A DNA stretch of 64,000 nucleotides from an uncultured Planctomycetota bacterium (GTDB lineage Bacteria; Planctomycetota; Planctomycetia; Isosphaerales; Isosphaeraceae), in assembly GCA_963845755.1 (NCBI GenBank), contig CAWJTV010000031.1, positions 32,001-96,000 on the forward strand. The letters are read 5' to 3'. Position 1 is the first letter of the stretch. Each line of letters opens with the position of its first letter. Position numbers and translations under genes: made by a program. The notes under the pieces were generated by a model, which was not told the DNA's origin, did no database searches, and was given only the letters and a program-made list of their open reading frames with translations. Of this stretch, positions 40,302-51,152 are shown piece by piece.

Positions 40302-41853
40302 ATGACCCAGCACCAGAGAACAACACAACAGAAACCCTGGTCTCTTGAAGTGGTCCGAGGGCGCGACGTGGGTCGTATCTTCAGCCTGGCAGCGGACGAG
40401 ACGGTCCTGGGCAACGGCCTCAACGGCGAACCGGGCCTCGATCTTCAGGGATCAGGAAGGGTCTTCTCCGCGGCGGATGTCGGCGCGTCAGGCGGCGATC
40501 GTGGCATCGGGACCGGAACTTGTGATTCGCGATCTGGATTCGCCCGGCGGCACGTTCGTGAACCATCAACGGCTGCTCCCGGGCCAGGCGCGGAGGTTAC
40601 AGCCTGGCGACGTCATTCAACTGGCGGGTGTCATGCTGCGCGTGGGAGGGCTGCCAACGCCCGCCGCGACGGCTCCGGCGGCTCCCGGGCTCCAGCCGCG
40701 TGTCGCGCCGCCACTGCCGGCATCCCCGTTGAAACCTCCGGTCCATGTGACCCCACCGGCGCCGTCGGCCGCGACGGTTCCTGGCCGACTCCCCGCGCCG
40801 TTCGTGATGGCTGGCGGGGCCTCCTGTCGGGCCTGGGACGATTTCCTTGTTTTGGCCGCCCAACGCTGGAAGGAGCTTCGCGACGAACTTGCCACCGGGC
40901 GACTGACCAACTACCTTCGTCAGATCCATCGGGAGGATCTGATCCCGCACACGGATAATAACCGGTCGCTCGACGAACGGCTCGACCAGTGGCTTGCCCG
41001 CCTGCCTTCGATCCGCGACAGCGATCCCGAGCTGAGCGTCCACCCCGAGAATCTGAATCTTCGGGCCATGGCGGGTGGGGGAATCGTTCGCCAGGTCCTG
41101 CGGGTGACGAATGTCGGCTACCGGCTGTTGCGATGCATCGCCCGAGTCGAGCCGGCGGGCACGGGCTGGATCCGCCTGCGACCCGATCATGACGGACGCT
41201 CATTCGATACCATCGAACAAACGGACCTACCCATCGACCTGGTGATCCCCGAAGGACTGGATCGTCCGCTCGTGGCCGCGATCGTCCTCGACAGCAATGG
41301 CGGCACGCGCCGGGTTGGAGTGCGGATTGATTTGCCGGGGGGACCACCTTCCTCGCCGGAACGTGTCGCGGAACCTCCGGTCTCACCGCTCCCTAGCCTG
41401 AGCCGATTCTTCATCGAGAAGACGGCTCATTTGCGATTCGGAGTCCGAATCGCCGCGGGTGTCTTGGGGACAGTCTGCTTGCGAACGCTTGTGATGCTTT
41501 CAGGTCTGCTACCACCTGGGGGCCGAGGAGCCCTGATCTCGGAGCCGCGCTTGCCGGCGCTGGCGATCGTCATGGCCGTGGTCGGAGGCCTGATCGGCGT
41601 CGGGATGGCACACCGGTTCCGCGAAGGCAACTGGGGCGATCTGCCGGCTTCGGCATTCACGGGAGGTTTGTTTGGGCTGCTGGCCGCCGCGGTCATCTAC
41701 GCCGCGATCCGGAGCGTCGAGCTTCCGCTCGGAAGCTGGACGTCTTCACTCTGGGTGGTCGAACTACTCTGGGCCCTGATCGGCGCCGGTCTCGCGTGTT
41801 TGAGCCACCTGTTCATCCCTTATCATGCGAAATCGCCGGAGGCCGTCTCATGA
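40302..41853 (+). CDS. FHA-like domain, Pro-rich linker, helical/Ig-like region and C-terminal TMs; frameshift at about 40445
   Basis: WSLEVVRGRDVGRIF...VLGN joins IRDLDSPGGTFVN..L.PGDVIQL; LRVTNVGYRLL...LDSNGG; about 4 TMs. Confidence 0.75.
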
Positions 41854-44059
41854 TTACTCGAATTCGCATCCGGACGGCCGCTGACGCTCTCTGTCCGCCT
41901 ATCATCCCGGCTATTGCCTCCGTACTCCTAATCTTCCTCTCGATCGCAACGTGTGCGATCGCCGATGGGGGAGCGCCGACCGATCCGGAGATCGCTCAGG
42001 CGATCGCCCGAGGGGTGCGATTCCTCCGTTCCAGTCAAAGTGGAAATGGGTCCTGGAATGAACCGTCGCAGGGTAACCATCGACTGGGAATGACGGCGCT
42101 GGCTGGCCTGGCACTGATGGAAAACGGCGTCGCCGCCTCTGATGCGTCGATCGAGCGAGCGCGTGAGGTCGTGGTGGATCTGGCTCGGAATTCGAATCAG
42201 ACCTATGACATCACGCTGGCGATCCTGTTTCTGGCTCGACAACAGAAAGGACATAAGGGCGATTCCGACGCGTTGATCCGCGAACTGGCGGGGCGGCTGT
42301 CGGCCGGGAGTCATGGCGGGATCTGGGATTACCTCGTCCCATTGCAGGGTCGCGAAAACGTCTCCACCGGCGGCCGAGCGCGCGCGGCGCCGAACGACCG
42401 AAGGGCCGCCGAGTGACACGCGCTCAGGAGCCGGCGATCATTCGAACACTCAATTCGCCCTCCTGGGTGTGTGGGCAGCCGGGCGACACGGGTTCGACCC
42501 TGACGAGGCGCTGGAATCGCTCAATGACCATTTTCGTGCCACTCAACTCGACGACGGCCGCTGGGGTTATCGGGTGGGGATGGGAGGTAGTAATGCGATG
42601 ACCTGCGCCGGACTGCTGGCCATGGCAATCACCGCGGCGCGGCCCGGCCTGGCGGAGCACCAGACGGCCCGGGCACGAGGCGCGGCACTCTCCAAGGATC
42701 CGGCGTTCGTCGCCGGCCTGAAGGCCGTGGCCGCAGACGCGAGGCAATCCAATAATCAATCGGACATCTACTATCTCTGGTCGCTCGAGCGGGTCTGTGT
42801 CGCCCTGGGCCTCCGCACGATCGAGGACTTCGATTGGTATGGGCACGGCGCACGCATTCTGCTCGATCGCCAGGAAGACGATGGAGGCTGGCCTCCGCAT
42901 CAATGGGGACGCCTGCCCAATACGTGCCTGGCCCTCCTGTTCCTCCGCAAGGCGAACCTCGCTTTCGAGCTCGACCGGGTGTTGCGGCTGGCCGTGAGAG
43001 AGGGCGAGTCCGCTCCGGGTGGGGATGCGGCGGGGCCAAAAGCTGACGAGAGTAGTTCCATCGATCCCACGTCTTCCGCACCGCCTTCGACCGGGCCGGT
43101 CGCCGAGCGTGGAGCGGATGATGTAAGCGTCATCGTGACGGGGGCCAGCGAACAGGGGTTCCCTCGGATCAGCGTTCAATTCGAGGTCAAGAAACCGGAT
43201 GGAACGCATCTTCGCGACGCCCATCGCGACGATTTCCGCGTCACGGAAGAGGGGCGCGACGTGGAGGTCGTGCAGTTCCAGGCACCCGTGATGTCCGAGA
43301 CGATCCCGACCACGATCGTCCTGGTGGTCGACCGCAGTGGCAGCATGGAAAACGAGGATCGGATCGGCGGCTTGAAGCGCGCGGTAGCCTCTTTCTTGGA
43401 GAAGCTGCCAGACGGCTCGCGCGTCGCCGTGGTCGCGTTCAGCTCCGAGGTCGAACCGCTCTGCCCATTCACGACCGATCGCAGTCGCGTCCGTACGGCC
43501 GTAGACGGCCTCGAGCCCGAAGGCTCGACTCGATTCTACGACGCCGTCGCCGAGTCGCTCCACCTCTTGAACACGGAGTCAGGACGCCGTGCCGTCCTGG
43601 CCCTCACCGACGGTGAGGACACGTCGAGCCAGTCGGCAACTCTTACCTCGGTCATCGCCGACGCGCGCCGGCTCGGCCTGCCGGTCTACACGCTGGGACT
43701 CGGCTCCGAAGATGAAATCGAGAGCGCGGACCTCCGCAAGCTGGCCGCGTCGACCCGTGGCCAGTATTACCCCGCGCAACGCCAACCAGCTCCGCGCGAT
43801 ATACGAGCAGCTCGCCGAACGGATCGGATCGAGTTACATGCTGACCTATCAGTCCGACCGCAAGCTCCCGGACGGGACGCTCCGGCCCGTGCGGATCTCC
43901 TATCGCGGCAGTCAGGCGGTGGGTGAGACGGCCGTCTTCATCCCGGGCATGGTCGTACCGGCCGGGGGTTGGTCGCCGTTGTTCCTTGGGCTACTGTTCG
44001 TCCTGGGCATGCTGTTTGTCTTGCCTCAGGTCTTGACTCGGCGCGGGGCTGCTCGATGA
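41850..44059 (+). CDS. Exported prenyltransferase-like (alpha/alpha toroid) plus vWA protein with a C-terminal TM; frameshifts at about 42350-42413 and 43775
   Basis: ATGA overlap and signal/TM; QSGNGSW, QLDDGRW, QEDDGGW, DHSNTQFALLG and YYLWSLERV; vWA VVDRSGSM, GSTRFYDA and LTDGED; TM LFLGLLFVLGMLFVL. Confidence 0.8.
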
Positions 44060-44097
44060 GCCCGAAGGCCGGTGTCTGATCAACCTGATGTTGAGGC

Positions 44098-44123
44098 CCG
44101 ATCCCTTAGCACGATGGGATCGG
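44098..44123 (+). terminator. Stem-loop after the Hsp70/vWA cluster
   Basis: CCGATCCC-N10-GGGATCGG between convergent genes; no U-tract. Confidence 0.3.
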
Positions 44124-44351
44124 AGTCGGGAGGCAACGCAACGTCGATCCAACCAGGCCAAAATGAACGCGCGTACCCGGAATGTGCCGCATCGGTTTCC
44201 TCGCCATCCCGCCTCCCAGGCGGCACCGATCTCTATGGCCGCTGGAAAGTCCAGCAGATGCATCGTCGGATCCGGCTGGACGAGCCACGATCTGTGGGTT
44301 CTCGCGGACGATCAAGGTGGTCGTCGATGGAGCTGTTGTCCTCGTGAAGGG

Positions 44352-46701
44352 TCAATGAACTCGCCCTTCCGTGGTATCGGAAATAGCAGGCTTTGCTGAG
44401 TAGCCTGGGACCGAGGAGCGGCGGCGTCCGGGCGAGAGCACCCGGGGGGGTTCCGCCGGTTTCGGGATGTGGTAGTGGATCTCATGCAGCCGCCGATACA
44501 GCGCGGACGTGCTCTTGAGCTCGTGATCGGTTCCGACGGCTTCGATTCGCCCCGCGTTGAGCAAGACGATGCGGTCGGCGACCTGGATTGACGCCAGGTT
44601 GTGGGAAATCACGAAGGTTGTGCGGCCTCGCGAGAATTCCTCGATGGCCTTGCGAATCAGCACCTCGTCCTGGATGTCTACGGCGCTGGTGGCTTCGTCG
44701 AGGATCAAGATGGCCGGATCTCGGAGCATCGCCCGGGCCAGGGCAATGCGCTGTCGCTGGCCGCCCGAAAGTCCGTAACCGCGCTCCCCGACCACCGTGT
44801 CGTACCCCTGCGGCAAGGCCATGATGAATTGATGCGCATACGCCGCGCTCGGCCGCCTTGACGATCGCGTCGCGGCTGGCGCGCGGGTCGCCGTAGGCGA
44901 TGTTACTGGCGATCGTGTCCTGAAAGAGGATCGTCTCCTGGAGGACGATGCCGATCTGACGGCGCAGGCTCCGGATGGGGACGTCGCGGACGTCGTGTCC
45001 GTCGATGCGGACCGCCCCAGAATCGACGTCCCAGAAACGAGGGATCAAGTTCATCAGCGTGGACTTCCCGCAGCCATTGGGGCCCACAAGCGCAATCGTT
45101 TCGCCGTGGCGAACACTGAGGCTGACCCCGTCGAGAACGGGGGTGGTCCCGTTGTAGCTGAAGGTGACCTGGTCCACCTCGACCGCCTGGCGATGCCGCG
45201 GCAGGGCGGGCGCGTGCTTGAGGTCGATGACGCGCGGGGTCCGGTCCATCAGGGCGCAGATCCGATCGGCCGCGGCCGAGGCCCGCTGGATCTTCGAGTG
45301 CACGTTGGCCAGCTTCCGGATCGGGTCGGAGACCCCCGCGAGCATGGCGTAGAGTGCGAAGAGGTCCTGCATCACCATGGGCTGGGCCGCCAGTTGCAGC
45401 CGGAAGAACCCCAGTTCCAGGTAGATCGTCCGGTTCAGGACGAGGTAGGAGCCGGCCAGCAACGCGATCGCGACCGTAGTCAGTGTCAACATCTCGAGGA
45501 CCGGATCGGACATGGCGTCGATCATGGCAACGCGCACGCTCTTGCGGTACAGGTTCTTGGTCTCGTCGAAGAACCGGCGCCTCTCGACTCGCTCCATGGC
45601 GAACGCTTTGACGATCTTGATCCCCTGGAAGCTCTCTTGAAGGATCTTGTAGATCGTAGACATGCTCTCCAGCGAGCGCCGGACAGCACGCTTCATGATC
45701 TTGCCGACCCGGTACGTCGTCGCCGCCGAGATCGGCACCAGCACCAGGGTCAAGAGGGTCAGCCGCCAGTTGAACGCGAGTGCCCCGCCCAGGCAGGACG
45801 CGATCCGCAGCGGCTCGCGGATCATCTTGCTCATGAGCGTATTGAGGCCCTGCCCGAAGGAATCCATGTCGTTGGTGAACCGGGCCATCAGTTCCGAGGA
45901 GCCCTGGTCGGAGAAGCTCGCCAGGTCCAGATTGACCGTGCTCCGGAAGAAGGTATTGCGGATGCGAAACAGCGTCAATTGCATCACATCCGCCACGAGC
46001 ACTTCCTGGAGGAAGAGGAACACCCCCTTGAACGCAACGCTCAGCATCACCATCCCGATGAGCAGGACCAGGCTCTTGAAGCTGTCCTTGGGGAGATAGC
46101 GATTGATGGACGGCTGGACGAACTGACAGCGCCACAGCCACTTACCTTGGTTCTTCATCTCATCATCGAGGTCGGCCACGCGTCGGTTCAGGTAGGCCGT
46201 CTCATCCTTGGTGAGCAACGAACTACAATCTGCGAGTTCTTTCCATCGAGCATACGCGAGGCGCTGATCTTTTCGTAACGTTTCGAGCCGGGCGGCCTGC
46301 TCCGGGGCGGAGGGATCGGCGGCCTCTCGCCAGGCGTTGTTGCCGAGTTGGCCCTCCTGCTCGCGGAGCACGCTCTCCTTGCGAATATGGTCTGCGTGGA
46401 GGTTGCGAATGCGTTTCTTGAGATCCTCGAAATCGCGCTGTCCCGACTCGGCGACAGCCTGTACGCGCTCGGCCTCCCCTTTTCGTGCCTCCAGGATGTG
46501 GATCTCATCCTCGATCGCCTCGATCTTCTCCGCAATCCAGCGCTGCGGATTCTGGCTGTCGAACAGGATATGCAGCAGGGGATAGACCGCGCCGAGTTCG
46601 GCGAAGAATAGCAGGGCCACCATTGCCGCACAGCAGATGGACAGGCCGAATCGGACCTTGTAGGGCAGAGCGTACCGGACCAGCCGTGCGAAGTTTTTCA
46701 T
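44352..46701 (-). CDS. MsbA-like ABC transporter (fused permease and ATPase); frameshift at about 44845
   Basis: TM domain, [31 protein letters not shown] and ISHNL. Confidence 0.9.
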
Positions 46702-46998
46702 AGGTCGGAATTGTCGCGGACGGGAGAACCCAAAAAGCATCCATGCATCATCGGGATCCTCAAAGGTCCCGACGTTCGGGCGGCGGTTTCTTTACCAAGA
46801 TCGAGCGAAAGAGACAAGCCGACTTCGATTTCGATCGGCGGGCCATCGCGTGCGCGGCCACTCGGTCTTGGAAAACTCGGGACGGGTGGTTATGATCGTG
46901 CCGACTCATATGGCGATCGCCGCGCGATGAGCGAGTCTCTGAGTCCTCAAAGAACTCAGGGATCAGGAGGAAGGCCGCCAGCCGTCAGGGAGGACGGG

Positions 46999-48120
46999 AT
47001 GAATCTACTTGCCCTGGTCGAGACTCCCGACCACGTCTGCTGCCGATACCGCATCCGTGCCTTCGCCCCTTCCCTCCAGGAAGCGGGTTGGTCCCTCACG
47101 TGTGAAGCCCTCGAGCGAAGTCCCTTGGCACGGACCTTCCAGCTTCGCCGCGCGGCTCGGTACGACGCGGTGGTCTTGCAGCGTAAACTCCTGCCGGCGT
47201 GGCAGCTTCAGATTCTGCGCCGGGCCGCGCGTCATCTCGTTTTCGATTTCGACGACGCCATCCTGTACCGGGATTCGAACGACCCTCGTGGGCCGGAAAG
47301 CGGGAGGCGGCTCCGTCGGTTCACCGACACGGTCCAACGGATGGACACGGTCGTTGCCGGCAATGACTTTCTTGCCGATTGTGCCCTTCGTGCGGGAGCG
47401 AGGGTCGATCGCGTCCACGTGATTCCCACCTGCGTGGATCCGCAGCACTACCCGGTCGCGAGCCAGGTCGCGGCCGGAGGACATCTGGACCTGGTGTGGA
47501 TCGGAACCTCGAGCACCCTTCGAGGATTGGTGCAAGCCCGCGAAATCTGGTCGCCCCTGGCGAAAGCGCTCCCCTGGATGAGGCTTCGGATCATCTGCGA
47601 CCGGTTCCCCAACGATTTCCCGATGCCGGTTGTCGCGATGCGCTGGGAGGAGGCGCGTGAAGCCTCTCAGCTTGCCTCCGGCCAGATCGGCGTGAGTTGG
47701 CTACCTGAGGACCTCTGGAGTCGCGGCAAGTGCGGGCTCAAGGTGCTTCAGTACCAGTCGGCCGGCCTGCCCGTTCTGGCCAATCCCGTCGGCTGCCAGT
47801 GCGAGATGATCCACTCGGGCGAGAATGGCATCCTCGCCACGACGCCCGCAGAGTGGATCGCAGCCGCTACGCTCCTGGCCGACGATCCGATGCTTCGCCG
47901 CCGGATGGGTGCCGCCGGCCGCCTGCGCGTCGAGACGGACTATTCCCTCTCGGCCTGGGCCGAGACCTTTGTCGGCTCGATGACCGGAAGTTCGCGCCGC
48001 GTTTCCGCCTCGGCCCGCCGAGTGGATCGTCCGGACGGGCCCGACGGACGATCGGGGTTCGACGCCCACGCCGCCCGACTCAAATCCATCCCAAGCCTCA
48101 ACCCCGTTGGCGAGCGATGA
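46999..48120 (+). CDS. Glycosyltransferase family 4 protein
   Basis: VFDFDDAI, VVAGNDFLA, WIGTSST, GKCGLKVLQYQSAGLPVLANPVG and ENGIL; GGAGG RBS. Confidence 0.88.
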   Translation: MNLLALVETPDHVCCRYRIRAFAPSLQEAGWSLTCEALERSPLARTFQLRRAARYDAVVLQRKLLPAWQLQILRRAARHLVFDFDDAILYRDSNDPRGPESGRRLRRFTDTVQRMDTVVAGNDFLADCALRAGARVDRVHVIPTCVDPQHYPVASQVAAGGHLDLVWIGTSSTLRGLVQAREIWSPLAKALPWMRLRIICDRFPNDFPMPVVAMRWEEAREASQLASGQIGVSWLPEDLWSRGKCGLKVLQYQSAGLPVLANPVGCQCEMIHSGENGILATTPAEWIAAATLLADDPMLRRRMGAAGRLRVETDYSLSAWAETFVGSMTGSSRRVSASARRVDRPDGPDGRSGFDAHAARLKSIPSLNPVGER

Positions 48121-49944
48121 GTATTTGCACTCCGCAGGAACAATCCACCCGGGGGAACGCGGCGTCCACAACGCTCCGCGGCGCAACGGACCCCGATCTC
48201 GTCCCACGGATGTTCAAGCCGCCGGAATGGGAGTGGTTCTCCTTCGGCGACATCGGCTGGTGGGTCCGGACTGGCTCGTCCTGGAGCGAGATCCTCCTCG
48301 GCCCGGACGGGCTCCGGCTGGACGAATGGCGCAAAGACGGGCGGATCACGACGATCAAGTCGGGGCCGCATCGGGTCGTCTACCGCGCGGAACTTCCCGA
48401 AGGCGTCATCTACATCAAGCACTTCCTGGTCCCTAACCGCCGGGCGATCCTGCGCCAGTGGTTCCGGCGCGGAAAGGGTCGGAACGAGGGGAAACGATCG
48501 CGGCAACTGGCCACGATCGGGGTGCCGACGATCTGGCCGATCGCGCTGGGCGAGCTGCGGAAGCGGAAGTTCCTGTTCGAGAACTACCTCGTGACCCCGG
48601 AGATCGCCGAGGCGGTCCCGCTCGACGAGTTCGCGATGGTGCAGCTTCCGAGGTGCCCCGAGCCGCGGCGCGCGCGGGTCCGCCAGAGGCTGGCCTCGGC
48701 CCTGGGCGTGATGACGGCCAGGCTCCACGACGCCGGCTTCCTCCACGAGGACTTCCACCCAGGTAACATCCTCGTCCGATTCCCGATCGCGGACGAGCCG
48801 GAACTGGTGATGATCGACCTGGACGCGCTTCGCAGGCGGAAGCAGGTCGAACTGGAAGGCCGCCAGGCAGAACCTTGCCCTGCTCGATCATTTCTTCTGG
48901 CTACGGAGCAGCCGGACCGATCGGTATCGCTTCCTGGAATCCTACCTGGAGAATCGGTCGGGGGCTCCGCCCGCGATCCGCGGCTTCGCCGCGCGGATCG
49001 AGGAGTTGACGCGCGCCTGGGCCGAGCGCCTCTGGAGGCGTTGGGGCCGGCGGTGCCGGTCGACAAACAAGTATTTCCAGATCATTTCTGAGAAAATGTG
49101 CTGGTGTGTAACATCCCGCGACCTGGATCCCGGCGAGATCGCCGGGCTGATCGCCGATCCCGATGCCCCGTTCCGGGACCCCGGCGCGACTCTGATCAAG
49201 AACTCGCGGACGACGACGGTCGCCGAGACGACCATGATGGTGCGGGGGCGTCCGACACCGGTGATCTACAAGCGATTCAACCGCAAGAAGTGGCTGGACC
49301 CTCTCCTCAACCTGTTTCGTCCGTCGCGGGCCTGGCGTTCGTGGCAGGCCGGTCAGGACCTCGCCAGCCGCGGAATCCCGACGCCTCAGAATCTCGCGTT
49401 CCTCTCCCAACGGCGACCGTTCCGGCGCGACCCGATCTTCTGGTTCCTCCCCCACGAGACGTACCTGATCACCGTCAAGGAAGAGCCGGCTGTCAACCTG
49501 GCGACCTACGTCAGCAAGTTCCTGCCGGGACTGCCGCCCGAACTTCGGCGAACGCGCATTCGCCGACTCACGGCCTCGTTGGCCCGGTTGGTCCGCTCCC
49601 TTCACGAGCGGTCGCTCTCGCATCGGGACCTGAAAGCCGCCAATATTCTTATCCGCACGGATACCCTCGACCACGAGGATCGACTGAGCCTGATCGACCT
49701 CGTCGGGGTCCACCTCCGGCACCCGATCCCGCGGAGGCGACGCACCCAGAACCTGGCACGTCTGGGCCTCAGCCTGGAGAATGTCCCGGGCCGAACCCGG
49801 ACCGATGCCCTCCAGTTTCTTCGCCGGTATCTCCCGTGGGGACTGTCGCCCTTGAACGACTGGAAATCCTTCTGGCGATCGATCGAGCGGGCCAAGAGGA
49901 CCAAGCGGACCCGCAACCTGCGGCGCGGCCGGCCGCTCTCTTAA
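48117..49944 (+). CDS. Lipopolysaccharide kinase (Kdo/WaaP/InaA family) with two kinase domains; frameshift at about 48848
   Basis: ATGA overlap; LHEDFHPGNIL...IDLD and SHRDLKAANIL...IDL. Confidence 0.85.
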
Positions 49945-49972
49945 TTGTGATATGAAAATTTAAATCAATATT

Positions 49973-50097
49973 AGAATTCGAGATTCCAGATTCAAGATCT
50001 TATAGAGTAGTCATCGAGGAGCCGGAGGCTCGAATCTGGAATTCGGGATCGCCCGGAATCTTGAAGCCTGAATGCGGAATCGAGAATCCTGATTCCG
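49973..50097. repeat. Degenerate 7-nt periodic repeats in inverted arrangement
   Basis: agattcc/agattca/agatctt units followed by cgaatct/ggaattc/ggaatct/tgaagcc/tgaatgc/ggaatcg/agaatcc units. Confidence 0.55.
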
Positions 50098-50143
50098 GAC
50101 CGATCCTGCGTCACCGCGGCAACGCCGCATGAGGAGGGGAACC

Positions 50144-51091
50144 GTGAGAGTCGCGATGGACGATCGACCAATTCGCCGGCTCTCCCGTGCGCTGGCGCTG
50201 CCGCTGGTCCTCGGCTGGATCGGCTGTGCGGCGTTCGATCGTGGCCAGGCGCTGGTTCCGACGCGTTACAAGATCCGGACCGGGCAGTTCCTCCTGCTCT
50301 CGAACTTTCCGATGACCGACGACTCACCCGCGGTCCGCTGTCTCCATGACCTGGAGCGCGATCTGGGCCAGCACATGGGATTCCGGCCGCCGGTCGCCGA
50401 CGACCCAGTCGAGATCTACGTACTCGACGATCGAGAGGCGTTCGAGCATTTTCTCAGGTTCTACTTTCCCGAGCTGCCGCCCCGGCGGGCATTCTTCCTG
50501 GCGCAGGGATCGGAGCGGGTCGTTTACACCTACTCCAGCCCTCGTCTCGAGGAAGACTTGCGCCACGAGGCGACCCACGCCGACCTCCGCGGTGCGTTCG
50601 GCGACCTGCCCCTATGGCTGGATGAGGGACTCGCCGAGTACTTCGAGACCGACCTGTCCTTGTCCGACGCCGAGCGCCCGCGCCTGGAACAGATCGCGGC
50701 GGACCTCCGCGGGGGCTGGTCCCCGAACCTCGAGCGGCTCGAATCGATGACCGAGATCCGTCAGATGACCCAGCGCGATTATCGGGAAGCCTGGGGATGG
50801 GTCCACCTCTTCCTCAACGGACCGGAACCGGGCAAGACGCTCTTGATCGGCTACCTCAAGGAAACGGACCGGACCGGAGACAAGGCGCGTCTCGCACCAC
50901 GCCTCGCCCAGGCCAAGATCACGAACGAGCGACTGCTCGCACATCTTAAAGCCCTACCGACTGGTACCGTTGTCACCAAATCCGGCCAAGAAAAGGGAAC
51001 TCCACGACTGCAAGACGGGCCGTTGGAACCTCTCGCCACAGCCGCATCGCGGGGAATCTGGCAGCGAGTCCGGACGTGGATCGGGCTCTGA
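50144..51091 (+). CDS. DUF1570 domain protein, probable lipoprotein
   Basis: GAGGAGG RBS plus GTG; WIGC lipobox-like motif; LRHEATH, WLDEGLAEYFE and YREAWGWVH. Confidence 0.8.
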   Translation: MRVAMDDRPIRRLSRALALPLVLGWIGCAAFDRGQALVPTRYKIRTGQFLLLSNFPMTDDSPAVRCLHDLERDLGQHMGFRPPVADDPVEIYVLDDREAFEHFLRFYFPELPPRRAFFLAQGSERVVYTYSSPRLEEDLRHEATHADLRGAFGDLPLWLDEGLAEYFETDLSLSDAERPRLEQIAADLRGGWSPNLERLESMTEIRQMTQRDYREAWGWVHLFLNGPEPGKTLLIGYLKETDRTGDKARLAPRLAQAKITNERLLAHLKALPTGTVVTKSGQEKGTPRLQDGPLEPLATAASRGIWQRVRTWIGL

Positions 51092-51152
51092 ACGCATGGT
51101 CAACGAGAAGCCGGATCGATGTAACCGAACCGTTCGAGCGTCGAGGCCCATG

